A stretch of 56,366 nt of DNA from Candidatus Omnitrophota bacterium (GCA_029261065.1 JAJDCB010000004.1:1-56366); one strand, 5' to 3'; shown: positions 9,467 to 19,056, numbered from the stretch's first letter. Numbers and translations: made by a program. The notes: generated from the sequence alone by a model not told the origin.

Positions 9467-10366
9467 TTATACTTGATTAATAACTTCAACACCCTCATTT
9501 TTCTCCGCCGAGAAAAACTGTTTTTCTTTTTCAATGACATCCCTAACAAACGTGTTATCAACAATTTTCTGATCTTCCATAACTAATTCTTTCATAATTT
9601 TATGACACAACATGGTAATTTTTCTTGGGTAACCTTTTGTGTAATTATAGACCTCACTAATCGCATCATCTAAAAAAATCTTAGCACCACCTTTGTATCC
9701 CGCTTTATTAATTCGAAAATTTATTAGCTCTTTAGTTTCATTGACATCCAAAGGATTTAATGTGAATTTAAAACTTATGCGATCTAAAAAATTACTCATA
9801 TGCACAATTTTGGAATAAAGTTCAAGCTGACCTAACAAAACAAGTTGGATTAATTTATGCTCATTCGTTTCGAAATTTAACAAAATACGTAATGATTCCA
9901 AAGTGGCCAAATCCAACTTTTGAGCCTCATCCACAATCAAAACTATAGTGCGATTCTCCTTAAGCGTTTTTTGAATCAAAAACGTCTCAATCACATCTCT
10001 AAGCTCCAATAAATCACAATTTTTCACATCTAGATTATCAGGCAAATCAATATCCATGTTTTTCACAAGTGACAGTAAGAATTGATCTTGTGTACTAAAA
10101 GAAGGATCAAGAATCATATGAAAGATGATATCTCCGCGTTTATTAAGCTCATGTAGAAGTTTTCTAGAAAGCGTGGTTTTTCCCGTTCCAACATCGCCTA
10201 AAATGACGGATAAGCCCCTTCTTAGGCGTAATTCTATCAATAAGTTCGTTAAAGCGAGATCATGTTCGCGGGTATGATAAAAAAATTCGGGATTAGGACT
10301 GGTAGAAAAAGGCTCCCTTTGGAAACCAAGAATGGAATAATAACCTAATGTATTATCTGCGGGCAT
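9467..10366 (-). CDS. ExeA/GspA-family AAA ATPase
   Basis: GFQREPFSTSPNPEFFY, Walker A GDVGTGKT, Walker B LIVDEAQ, QLVLLGQLEL, GYPRKI. No C-terminal peptidoglycan-binding domain. Confidence 0.92.
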   Translation of the reverse strand: MPADNTLGYYSILGFQREPFSTSPNPEFFYHTREHDLALTNLLIELRLRRGLSVILGDVGTGKTTLSRKLLHELNKRGDIIFHMILDPSFSTQDQFLLSLVKNMDIDLPDNLDVKNCDLLELRDVIETFLIQKTLKENRTIVLIVDEAQKLDLATLESLRILLNFETNEHKLIQLVLLGQLELYSKIVHMSNFLDRISFKFTLNPLDVNETKELINFRINKAGYKGGAKIFLDDAISEVYNYTKGYPRKITMLCHKIMKELVMEDQKIVDNTFVRDVIEKEKQFFSAEKNEGVEVINQV

Positions 10367-10443
10367 ATATATTATTTATAGTTAGTTACTAGTTACTTAC
10401 TAATAATAATTTATAATAACATACGTCAAGACCCGCGCAACAT

Positions 10444-11436
10444 TTATTTGGCTTTTTTTAATAGGTTTTTAGCAAAAACATTTATAATCCCCGTCGAGAA
10501 ACCAAATGTTCTTGCAAAAGCTCTCATAAACATAACAAAACCATAAAAAAAAAGTTTTCTTTTCTTTTTTTGCATGATCCAGCTGTAGTAAAGCTCTATC
10601 ATTAATAAACACAAAGAGATTGATGCGCCGCCGATAAAACCTAAAGAAGAATTTACAAAGATGCCATAAATAATACTCATGCAAATCAACAAAGAAAACG
10701 GAACCTCTAACATATCCTTCCAAAATGTGTACTGATCCCCACCAACCATGTTTGGATGCGTTTTATAAAGCCAAGCTCGCCAAAATCCATGTCGAAATTG
10801 CTCCTGAAGATACTTTTTAACACTAGAAGGGTGGTTATGACGCACAATAGCATCTAAGCAAAAATACATTTCATACCCCTTTTTAGTGATTTTATAACTT
10901 AGATCATTATCTTCTCCACTGGCATGGAGATAGGACTCATCAAAACCACCAACCTGCTTAAAAATGGACTTACGCATCCCCACGTTATAACTACCAAAAA
11001 CAACCGTTTTTTCACCCATCAAATACTGATGACGATAAATTATCTCCTGATGTACGCATAAGGCCAATGTGCTTTCTGGATTAGCAATACCATAGCTGCC
11101 CGCCACGACATCTGCTTTTTTATGATTAAAATAAATCATCGCATTTTTAATCCAGTCTTGATCGGCAAAGCAATCGGAGTCCGTAAAAAAAATAACATCT
11201 CCCTTGGCCATTGCAGCCCCTTTATTCCGAGCCTTGGCTGGACCAGCATTAGTTTGATGAAAATATCTCACTTGGTTATATCGTTTTATTAGCTCAGCAG
11301 ATTTATCGCTAGAACCATCATCAACAACAATAACCTCGATAGGTTGATAACTTTGTTGAAAAACACAATCAAGCACTTGGCTTATCGTTTGTTCACAATT
11401 GTAAGCAGGAATAATTATACTGACGAGAGAAGACAT
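10444..11436 (-). CDS. Glycosyltransferase family 2 with C-terminal TM helices
   Basis: VSIIIPAYN, VVDDGSSD, NAGPAKARN, FTDSD, GEDNDL. Start adjusted to ATG 11436 to avoid overlap. Confidence 0.92.
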   Translation of the reverse strand: MSSLVSIIIPAYNCEQTISQVLDCVFQQSYQPIEVIVVDDGSSDKSAELIKRYNQVRYFHQTNAGPAKARNKGAAMAKGDVIFFTDSDCFADQDWIKNAMIYFNHKKADVVAGSYGIANPESTLALCVHQEIIYRHQYLMGEKTVVFGSYNVGMRKSIFKQVGGFDESYLHASGEDNDLSYKITKKGYEMYFCLDAIVRHNHPSSVKKYLQEQFRHGFWRAWLYKTHPNMVGGDQYTFWKDMLEVPFSLLICMSIIYGIFVNSSLGFIGGASISLCLLMIELYYSWIMQKKKRKLFFYGFVMFMRAFARTFGFSTGIINVFAKNLLKKAK

Positions 11437-11440
11437 GGAT

Positions 11441-12106
11441 TTAAGGTTTTCGGGCCACTGTGAATAACAGCATTCCAAATAGACGTCCTACCCATTTATC
11501 TGGAGAGAAGGCAAAAGGAAACGTATTAAGACCTCCTTGATTAACAACAAACGCCCCATTTCTTTGATTTAAATCAAGCAGTTGTTTAAATACAAAAGGC
11601 GTTTCTTCAATGCCTGGCATATACAAAGGACGAATGATTTCCCACGGAGAAAATCGATTAGGCACAACTGTAACAATGACACCATCTGTTGTTAGAAGAC
11701 TAAACAAATTTGTAAAAATAACATCTTGCTCTGCTGCTGTAAAATGTTCAAATAATCCGTCTGTAAAAATAATATCAAAACGATTATCAATATCTCCCGC
11801 CAAATTCGCTCTTAAAAGATCTTTTTGTAATAATGTCGTTTGACCCTGTGTCATGGTTCGCGCTATGTCTAATGCTTCTTGTGAATAGTCTAAAGATGAG
11901 GTTTTCATCCCGCTATCACAAAAGTATTTTGAAAAAAATCCACTCCCACATCCCGCATCTAATGCACACCCACCGGGCTTTACATATTCTTGCAAGACCG
12001 ACATAATTCTTTTTTTAGACCAACTGATCTTTGTAAATTTCTTTGTTTGATCTAAACTCCAAAAATGATTCCAATCTTGCGATTGAGGCATTGCTGTTTT
12101 ATTCAT
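11441..12106 (-). CDS. Class I SAM-dependent methyltransferase
   Basis: ALDAGCGSG motif I; FDIIFTDGLFEHF. Confidence 0.9.
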   Translation of the reverse strand: MNKTAMPQSQDWNHFWSLDQTKKFTKISWSKKRIMSVLQEYVKPGGCALDAGCGSGFFSKYFCDSGMKTSSLDYSQEALDIARTMTQGQTTLLQKDLLRANLAGDIDNRFDIIFTDGLFEHFTAAEQDVIFTNLFSLLTTDGVIVTVVPNRFSPWEIIRPLYMPGIEETPFVFKQLLDLNQRNGAFVVNQGGLNTFPFAFSPDKWVGRLFGMLLFTVARKP

Positions 12107-12465
12107 TAACTATTACCCTTATCTTCTTTTTTTAATTTTTCAATCTCGTATTCTAACACACCAATTTTTTGTGCCACCGAATCATTACGATTGTTTTGTT
12201 GGCATAAAAATATCGTCATTAATAAACTTAAAAATACAAACACTGCTAACAAAACAAAGAAAATAAAATTACTCGCTAATTCAAAACCAAAAAAATCAGC
12301 CAAAGAAAATAACAACTGATCAAAGATCGAAAATACAATAGATAATAACGAAACAAACAGCCAACCAGCTGCATATTTAAATGTCAATTTTTCTTTTCGA
12401 ATCAATTCAATAATTAACAAAAAGATAATTGAGGAAAGAAAAATCGCAAGATACTTAATATTCAT
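12106..12465 (-). CDS. DUF2304-family small membrane protein (GacJ/Rv3632-like partner of a polyprenyl-phosphate sugar synthase)
   Basis: Three TM segments, IELIRKEKL..KYA..W pattern, C-terminal coiled coil (SVAQKIGVLE); directly follows a DPM1-like GT2. Confidence 0.85.
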   Translation of the reverse strand: MNIKYLAIFLSSIIFLLIIELIRKEKLTFKYAAGWLFVSLLSIVFSIFDQLLFSLADFFGFELASNFIFFVLLAVFVFLSLLMTIFLCQQNNRNDSVAQKIGVLEYEIEKLKKEDKGNS

Positions 12466-12473
12466 AAATCGCT

Positions 12474-13235
12474 TTAAATTTCTTTAGCTTTAAGTTTATC
12501 CAATAAAATGGCAACCGTAACCTTTATCATGTAATAAAGTGTTTTTAGATATCGTATAGAGCTGTGTCCTGCGACACGCTTGCGCATCGTAACAGGAACC
12601 TCGATTATTTTCGCATTATATCGTCGGGCAACAACAATGGCCTCAGGCTCAGGAAAGTCTTGTGGATAATAGCGAGCAAATACATCAATACACTTTCGAT
12701 CAAAGGCCCTAAAGCCCGAAGTTGGATCAGATATTTTACATCCCGTTAAAAAACTAATGAGGCGTGCAAAAAAATTAATACCAATACGCCTTACAAAAGC
12801 AGAACGATAACTAAGAAATGGTGGAATAAAACGACTACCTATTGTCATATTCATACCATTATTAAAAATGGGTTCTAAAATATTTGCTAAAAACTTTACA
12901 TCATGTTGTCCATCGGCATCAACTTGAACAGCAATGTCAAAATTGTTATCGCGCGCAAACTGAAAGCCTGTTTGAACAGCACCACCTATTCCTAAATTAA
13001 AAGGTAAAGAAACAACATCAACACCCATCGCTTTTGCTTCTTGAGCAGTCTTATCCTTAGAACCATCATTGATCACTAAAATTTGAAGAGGGTACGATAA
13101 TGAAAGTATATCTTGGATTGTTGAGCGAATACTTCCCTCTTCGTTGTAAGCTGGAATTATAATTAATGTTTTATGCGTTAATAACTGATGAGAAATCGAT
13201 TCTGCAGATATATTTGGATTAAGTGTATGAGACAT
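12474..13235 (-). CDS. DPM1-like GT2 (polyprenyl-phosphate sugar synthase-like)
   Basis: IIIPAYNEE, INDGSKD, NLGIGGAVQTG, VDADGQHD, IGSRF, DPTSGFRA, R..GHSSI. Confidence 0.92.
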   Translation of the reverse strand: MSHTLNPNISAESISHQLLTHKTLIIIPAYNEEGSIRSTIQDILSLSYPLQILVINDGSKDKTAQEAKAMGVDVVSLPFNLGIGGAVQTGFQFARDNNFDIAVQVDADGQHDVKFLANILEPIFNNGMNMTIGSRFIPPFLSYRSAFVRRIGINFFARLISFLTGCKISDPTSGFRAFDRKCIDVFARYYPQDFPEPEAIVVARRYNAKIIEVPVTMRKRVAGHSSIRYLKTLYYMIKVTVAILLDKLKAKEI

Positions 13236-13262
13236 GCGTTTAATAAAAAAACATTTTTACCG

Positions 13263-14608
13263 TTACTTAGTATTATCTTGCATTTTTAAAACGTCTTTAG
13301 TATCAAGATTCATTTCTTTAAGATTAATATAAACGAGATATTTAGCGGCATACGTAACAATATCAGATTCTTCTTCCTTTTCAAAACGCTTATCTGGAAT
13401 TAAGCCCTCAAAACTAAACACGCTGCCATCAGGATGATGCCCTCTAGCGGTAATTAATAATACATAGATTCATCATCAAAGTGAAACATACTTTTAAGCA
13501 TTACTTGGCCGGCCGAATTTTGCCCCATTAAGACAGCCCTCCTCCTTCTTTGCAAAACACCAGAGAACAATTCTGAAGCACTTCCGCTCTTTTCATTGAC
13601 TAATATCACCATAGGACCATCATAATGAAAATTATCAGGGATTGTAGGCACATCTAAATTCGCTTTTGGTTGGCCTTTCTTTTGAAAGTATGCAAAATCT
13701 TCTCCGGGGGGAAGAAAAAACGATGAAATTTCACGCGCAGCAAGCGGTGGACCACCAGGATTGTTCCTTAAATCCAAGATCAAGCCCTTAAAATGCTCTT
13801 TTGTCTTAAAAAACTTGATAAAACGAAACAAATCTTCCGCCGTCTTTCGATTAAAACGTCTTATCTCTAAACAATAGATACCTTGGAAATTAACATCAAC
13901 CATAAACACAGTTTGTTTAAAATATTCTTTGGTTGTTACATCTATTTTTTTTAAAACATCACTCAACACAGTTAAATACTGCAACTTTACAAAAGAGTTT
14001 TCCAAAGGAGTCAATAACTCCGCTATCTCCTCTTGCGATAATGTTTGAACATCTTTATCATCAATCTGTAAAAGGATGTCACCTTTTCTTAATCCCTTAC
14101 CATAAGCATCCGAACGAGGCTCAACCTGTGTCGTTTCATATCCTTCTTCTGTTAAACTCCCATCTATGCCTAAATCCATTCTTTTACCTAAAGAGGTTTG
14201 TTCGTATTCTTTTGCAGGTTCTGGAGGATAAAAGGCTGAGAACACATCTTCCGATGTTTTTAACGTGTCAATCATTTTAGCAGCTGAACGCCACCGAATA
14301 TAATCACTAGATTTATTTTGATTTTTAAGTTGTGGATAAATTTTTGTATTAAATTGATGAATAAAACGATCAAATTTCTCAGGAAGAACATCCTTGTAGT
14401 AATTTTTAGTAACTACGTCATACACTTCTTTAAAAAAATCAACATACTCTTGATAGACATCCCATTCTTGTTGCATACTCGCATCTTTCTCGTCCTTATT
14501 ATTAGCTGTATCACTATATGAAACATTCGCACAACATAAAAAAACCATAGACATACAAATCGCTAAACAAAATCGGTCTTTCAATCTATAAAGGGATATA
14601 TTTTTCAT
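13263..14608 (-). pseudogene. S41 (CtpA-like) carboxy-terminal protease with PDZ domain, interrupted by a one-base frameshift at about 13463
   Basis: ILDLRNNPGG, ILVNEKSGSASE. The ORF stops at 13454 (DESMYY*), but the adjacent frame from 13463 continues VLLITARGHHPDGSVFSFEGLIPD..., matching the S41 C-terminal motif, to TAA at 13263. Pseudogene or sequencing error. ATG 14608 is preferred because GTG 14629 lies inside a terminator stem. Confidence 0.85.
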
Positions 14609-14617
14609 TGATAAAAT

Positions 14618-14653
14618 AAAAAACCTCACGCACTTTTATACGTGAGGTTTTTT
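14618..14653. terminator. Intrinsic terminator (potentially bidirectional) downstream of the EF-hand gene
   Basis: Perfect 13-bp inverted repeat aaaaaacctcacg / cgtgaggtttttt with a 10-nt loop and A/T tracts on both sides. Confidence 0.8.
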
Positions 14654-14686
14654 TTGGGGATCTACGGGAATATACATCAATATTTA

Positions 14687-15151
14687 TTATTTAAATTGCT
14701 TTTTTATTCCAGGAATTTCTGCGCGACTAATTAAACCATCTTCATCATTATCAAACTTTTTTAATAATTCAGAACGCGCGGAGAACTCACCTCTTCTTTC
14801 AACAGAAGATACAACATCTTTTAAAAACTCAGATACTTCATCTCGTTGTAACGAACCATCTTGATTCACATCATAAATACGTTCAATACGGCTTGATACT
14901 TTAGGATTAGCATCTAATACATTGATGGTTTGTTTCGTCTTTTTTTCAACCTTTGCCGTACGACCATATCTTGCCTTTTTTTCTTTACGCTGAACTTTTT
15001 TAACTTTCACTGGAGCCGGAGCAGTTTTTTCTTGAGCAGGAGTAACGGCTTCTTTGCTGCGACGATTATAATTGATGAGCTGAGCATCGGCTAAGGATGT
15101 TAAAAATATGACACCTAAAACAAACGATAATAAAAAAATTGTTTTTCTCAT
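14687..15151 (-). CDS. Exported EF-hand calcium-binding protein
   Basis: Signal peptide (ADA|Q), basic linker, two EF loops DVNQDGSLQRDE and DNDEDGLISRAE; RBS GGAGGG. Confidence 0.85.
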   Translation of the reverse strand: MRKTIFLLSFVLGVIFLTSLADAQLINYNRRSKEAVTPAQEKTAPAPVKVKKVQRKEKKARYGRTAKVEKKTKQTINVLDANPKVSSRIERIYDVNQDGSLQRDEVSEFLKDVVSSVERRGEFSARSELLKKFDNDEDGLISRAEIPGIKKQFK

Positions 15152-15247
15152 CTAACACCCTCCTTAAAAATATTTTTAATAATTTTTTACGCTCTCAGCG
15201 CTCTTTGCAAAACTATAAATGATACTCTTTCTAATTGAATTCGCTTT

Positions 15248-15275
15248 ATTATATTACAACTTCATATCGTGTCAA
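15248..15275 (-). promoter_or_regulatory. Sigma70-type promoter for the EF-hand gene
   Basis: TTGACA-N16-TATAAT on the minus strand. Confidence 0.7.
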
Positions 15276-15294
15276 TCACCCATTAGCATTAGAT

Positions 15295-16014
15295 TTATGG
15301 AGCAACTAACACTTCTTTTTCCGCTAAATATTTTTGCAACAATTCTTCTTCTCTATTACTTAATACATTGGTTGCTTCCTTAATATCAAACTCATCTTTG
15401 ATATTATTTTTTAATTTTTTTGGATCAACATCTAAATTGGAAACAAAATTTAAATGTGGCCTCTTCTTTCGATAATCTGGTACAGATTTAGGATACTTTA
15501 AATAGCTTTCAATATGCTTTAAAGAAAAAGTGTTAAGTAATGTCCCATGATGCAAAATATAATGACGTGATCGTTTTTGCGCATTACCAGAAATTTTCTG
15601 ATGCGTTTGTGTTAATGCGATATCAGATATAGGTAAATACTGCGCATGCACATTTAGTTTTTCTAAGGCATGGACGATCTTAGATAAAACGTAACTATAC
15701 GCTTGATGCAGTTGATTAATACTTGGATGTTTTTCTTTTGATAAAATTAAAGAATAATTTAAACAACCTGGTCCTTGTAAAACGGTCCCTCCCCCAGAAG
15801 ATCTTCGACAGATAGGGATACTATCCTTTATAGCCTGATCCACATTAACATCATCTTCCATCTTTGAAATTCGCCCTAACACCACAAAAAGAGATGATGA
15901 CTCCCAAAAACGTAAAGCATCACTTGATTCTCCTTTTTCAGCAAGTTCAAGTAAAACCTCATCGTATAGTATGTTTTCTTCTGGCGTGGCTAAAGAAATA
16001 TCTTTTAAAATCAT
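15295..16014 (-). CDS. lplA: Lipoate-protein ligase family protein
   Basis: RRSSGGGTV, KISGNAQ, HHGTLL; directly follows the gcv operon. Confidence 0.9.
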   Translation of the reverse strand: MILKDISLATPEENILYDEVLLELAEKGESSDALRFWESSSLFVVLGRISKMEDDVNVDQAIKDSIPICRRSSGGGTVLQGPGCLNYSLILSKEKHPSINQLHQAYSYVLSKIVHALEKLNVHAQYLPISDIALTQTHQKISGNAQKRSRHYILHHGTLLNTFSLKHIESYLKYPKSVPDYRKKRPHLNFVSNLDVDPKKLKNNIKDEFDIKEATNVLSNREEELLQKYLAEKEVLVAP

Positions 16015-16056
16015 CGCTTTTTTTCAAGACTTAAAGGTTAGGTATTTGGGCACACA

Positions 16057-17514
16057 CTACGACTTCTTGCTAAAATAATTCGTATTGAGTTCTCGGGCTG
16101 CTTTGACTTCATCTGGACGGGAAACGGGTGTTGTTTGTGGAAATTCTGCAAATTTCTCAGGCTGCGTTTTACTGAGTTGATCAGCCTCTTTCATCGCCTC
16201 AATAAAAACATCGATCATTTGTTTCGATTCTGTTTCCGTTGGCTCGATCATAATCGATTCTTTAACTGTTAATGGAAAATAAACAGTAGGAGGATGGATC
16301 TTTTGATCAATTAAAAATTTAGCGATATCGATAGCATGCACATTACGCTCAGCTTGATTTTTGGCAGAGAACACACATTCATGCATGCATAAACGATCAA
16401 AAGGTAAATCATAAACACTTTTAAGTTGTTCTTTAATATAATTTGCATTTAAGACCGCATGATTACTAACGGCTCTTAAGCCTTCTTCTCCCAACAAAAG
16501 AATATAGGCATACGCTCTTAATAAAAGACTAAAGTTACCATAAAACGGAGCAATGTAACCAATGGATTTTGGATGATCATAGCTTAATCGATAGGACCCA
16601 TCATCTGCTTTAATAATACGTGAAATGGGTAAAAAAGGTTCTAATTTTTTTGTCACCCCAACAGGACCAGCTCCAGGCCCCCCGCCTCCATGAGGTGTCG
16701 TAAATGTTTTATGCGTATTAATGTGCATGACATCAAAACCAACATCTCCGGGTCGACAACGTCCTAACACAGCATTTAAATTTGCACCATCATAATACAT
16801 GATTCCATCCACGGAATGGATGATCTCAGATATTTTATCAATTTGACTATTAAAAAGACCATGTGTATTTGGAGACGTTATCATTAATCCAGCAACCTCA
16901 TCCGTCACTTTTTCTTTTAATAATTCGATATCCATAACACCATCTTCATTTGATGGAATCGAAATTATCTCATACCCGGCAATGGAAACAGTAGCAGGAT
17001 TTGTCCCATGCGAAGAATCGGGGACAATGACATATTTTTTCTTATTCCCTCGCGCTTTATGATAAGCGGCCATCATCATAACACCTGTTAACTCACCATG
17101 CGCACCAGCAAGAGGTTGCATAGTAAAATGATCCAATCCTGTCATCTCAGCCATCAAGCGTTCCATTTCATATAAAACTTCCAAAGCCCCTTGAGTTAGC
17201 GTTTCCCCTTGTTTTAACTGCGGTAACAAAGGATGTAATTGAGAAAAACCCGTCATACGGGCAGCTACCTCGGTAAATTTCGGATTGTACTTCATGGTAC
17301 AAGAGCCTAAAGGATAAAAATTGGTATCTATCGAGAAATTTAATTGCGAAAGCTGCGTAAAATGACGAACGACATCCAACTCTGAAAGTTCTGGCCACTG
17401 ACAATCATCCTCGCGTTTAAACTGTTGTGGCACCTCAGCTGTAAGACCAACATCAGAGCTTGGACTAAAATAACCACGCCTATTGTTAACACTTTTATCA
17501 AATATTGTTTTCAT
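16057..17514 (-). CDS. gcvPB: Glycine dehydrogenase (decarboxylating) subunit 2
   Basis: PLGSCTMKYNP, QPLAGAHGE, HINTHKTFTTPHGGGGPG, IEPTETES. Confidence 0.97.
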   Translation of the reverse strand: MKTIFDKSVNNRRGYFSPSSDVGLTAEVPQQFKREDDCQWPELSELDVVRHFTQLSQLNFSIDTNFYPLGSCTMKYNPKFTEVAARMTGFSQLHPLLPQLKQGETLTQGALEVLYEMERLMAEMTGLDHFTMQPLAGAHGELTGVMMMAAYHKARGNKKKYVIVPDSSHGTNPATVSIAGYEIISIPSNEDGVMDIELLKEKVTDEVAGLMITSPNTHGLFNSQIDKISEIIHSVDGIMYYDGANLNAVLGRCRPGDVGFDVMHINTHKTFTTPHGGGGPGAGPVGVTKKLEPFLPISRIIKADDGSYRLSYDHPKSIGYIAPFYGNFSLLLRAYAYILLLGEEGLRAVSNHAVLNANYIKEQLKSVYDLPFDRLCMHECVFSAKNQAERNVHAIDIAKFLIDQKIHPPTVYFPLTVKESIMIEPTETESKQMIDVFIEAMKEADQLSKTQPEKFAEFPQTTPVSRPDEVKAARELNTNYFSKKS

Positions 17515-17529
17515 AGATTTTAATGTATT

Positions 17530-17553
17530 GATTCCCGATGCCTCGGGAATGAC
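17530..17553 (-). repeat. REP/RS3-like palindrome (GTCATTCCCGAGGCATCGGGAATC)
   Basis: ATTCCC-N8-GGGAAT hairpin with GTC head; near-identical copy at 36901-36924. Confidence 0.8.
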
Positions 17554-17612
17554 AGAATGGTAAGAAGCTTATACCAAACCATTATTAAATCAACGGGATA
17601 TTACACCAACCT

Positions 17613-17694
17613 GGAATTTCGTTAAAGCTTCGAAATTCCTAGCATTTCGTTAAAGCTTCGAAATTCCTAGCATTTCGTTAAAGCTTCGAAATTC
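17613..17694. repeat. Three tandem 28-bp units, each with an internal hairpin
   Basis: atttcgttaaagcttcgaaattcctagc starting at 17616, 17644 and 17672 (last copy partial); ATTTCG/CGAAAT inverted arms; no spacers. Confidence 0.93.
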
Positions 17695-19056
17695 TTAAAC
17701 AGATGACGATAATTTTTCTAATACGCTTTTTAAACTTTGCGCATAATCAAGAATCTCTTTTTTGGAACGCTTCTCTGTCACAGCAATAATCATATAACGT
17801 TCCATACCTTGATAATATTGACCTAAAGGAAAACCAGCAGCAAAACCATCAGCGATCATCGCTTCCACCACTAAAGAGGCATCCATAGGTAACTCAACGG
17901 TAAATTCATTAAAGGTAGGAGCGCTCCTTTTAACATTTACGCCTTCAATCTTTTCTAATTCTAAACGTGTAAATTCAGCCTTATTAAGATTCGTTTGAGC
18001 CAACTCTTTAAATCCTTGTTTACCAATCAAAGACATATAAACCAAAGATTGCAAAGCGCACAATGATACGTTCGTACAAATATTTGATGTTGCCTTCTCT
18101 CGTCGAATATGTTGCTCACGTGCTTGCAAAGTATTAACAAAACAATCGCGCCCTTTTTTATCTGTTGTCTTCCCTATAATACGACCTGGCATTTTTCGAA
18201 CCAATTGTTTGCGTGTTGCCATAAATCCTAAATAAGGTCCTCCAAAATTAAGAGGCAATCCCAACGACTGGCCTTCTCCTGTTACAATGTCTGCCCCCAT
18301 CTCCCCAGGCGTTTTTAATAACCCTAAAGAAATAGGATAAACGCTTTCGATGACTAAAACTCCATGTTTTTTAGCCTCGGCAATAATGTCAGAATGATCA
18401 TCAATGGCACCAAAGAAATTTGGATTTTGTAAAATTATGGCAGATGTTTTATCATCTAATACATTTTTAATGTGTGCACGATCACTTTGACCATGGGCAA
18501 CGGGTAGCTCCTGAAAGTCAATAGACAAATTGTGCGTATAACTACGAAGCATCTTTCGATAAATCGGATTTAAGCCACCATCCATCACAATTTTTTTTCG
18601 TTTATTAATCCTCATCGCCATCATAACCGCTTCATAAATAGCCGTACCCCCATCATATAAAGAGGCATTAGAAACTTCCATTCCTGTTAAAGTACAAATG
18701 GCACTTTGATATTCGTAAAGTGCTTGAAGTGTGCCCTGGGAACATTCTGGTTGATAAGGTGTGTAGGCGGTATAAAATTCGCCTCGAGAAATAATAGATG
18801 AAACGGCCGCGGGGATATAGTGATCGTAGTATCCGCCTCCAATAAATGGAATCAAGGCCGTCGAGTTTTTTAGAGCTAATTGTTCAATGCGTTTAAGACA
18901 ATCATATTCGCTTAAGCCTTTGGGTAAATTAAAAGACTTAGGGACTTGGTGGGGTTGAATGTCTACAAAAAGATCATCAATGGAGTTAACTCCAATAACC
19001 TTAAGCATTTCTTCAACATCATGATCTGTATTAGCAATATAAGGGATCAACAACAA
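17695..19056 (-). CDS. gcvPA: Glycine dehydrogenase (decarboxylating) subunit 1
   Basis: YTAYTPYQPECSQG, NASLYDG, GGPYLG, REQHIRREKATSNICTN. TTG start; which of three consecutive TTG codons is used is uncertain. Confidence 0.97.
   Translation of the reverse strand: MLLIPYIANTDHDVEEMLKVIGVNSIDDLFVDIQPHQVPKSFNLPKGLSEYDCLKRIEQLALKNSTALIPFIGGGYYDHYIPAAVSSIISRGEFYTAYTPYQPECSQGTLQALYEYQSAICTLTGMEVSNASLYDGGTAIYEAVMMAMRINKRKKIVMDGGLNPIYRKMLRSYTHNLSIDFQELPVAHGQSDRAHIKNVLDDKTSAIILQNPNFFGAIDDHSDIIAEAKKHGVLVIESVYPISLGLLKTPGEMGADIVTGEGQSLGLPLNFGGPYLGFMATRKQLVRKMPGRIIGKTTDKKGRDCFVNTLQAREQHIRREKATSNICTNVSLCALQSLVYMSLIGKQGFKELAQTNLNKAEFTRLELEKIEGVNVKRSAPTFNEFTVELPMDASLVVEAMIADGFAAGFPLGQYYQGMERYMIIAVTEKRSKKEILDYAQSLKSVLEKLSSSV

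Noticed and set aside
17613-17694. Three 28-bp palindromic repeats as a mini-CRISPR
   Set aside because: The units are head-to-tail with no spacers.
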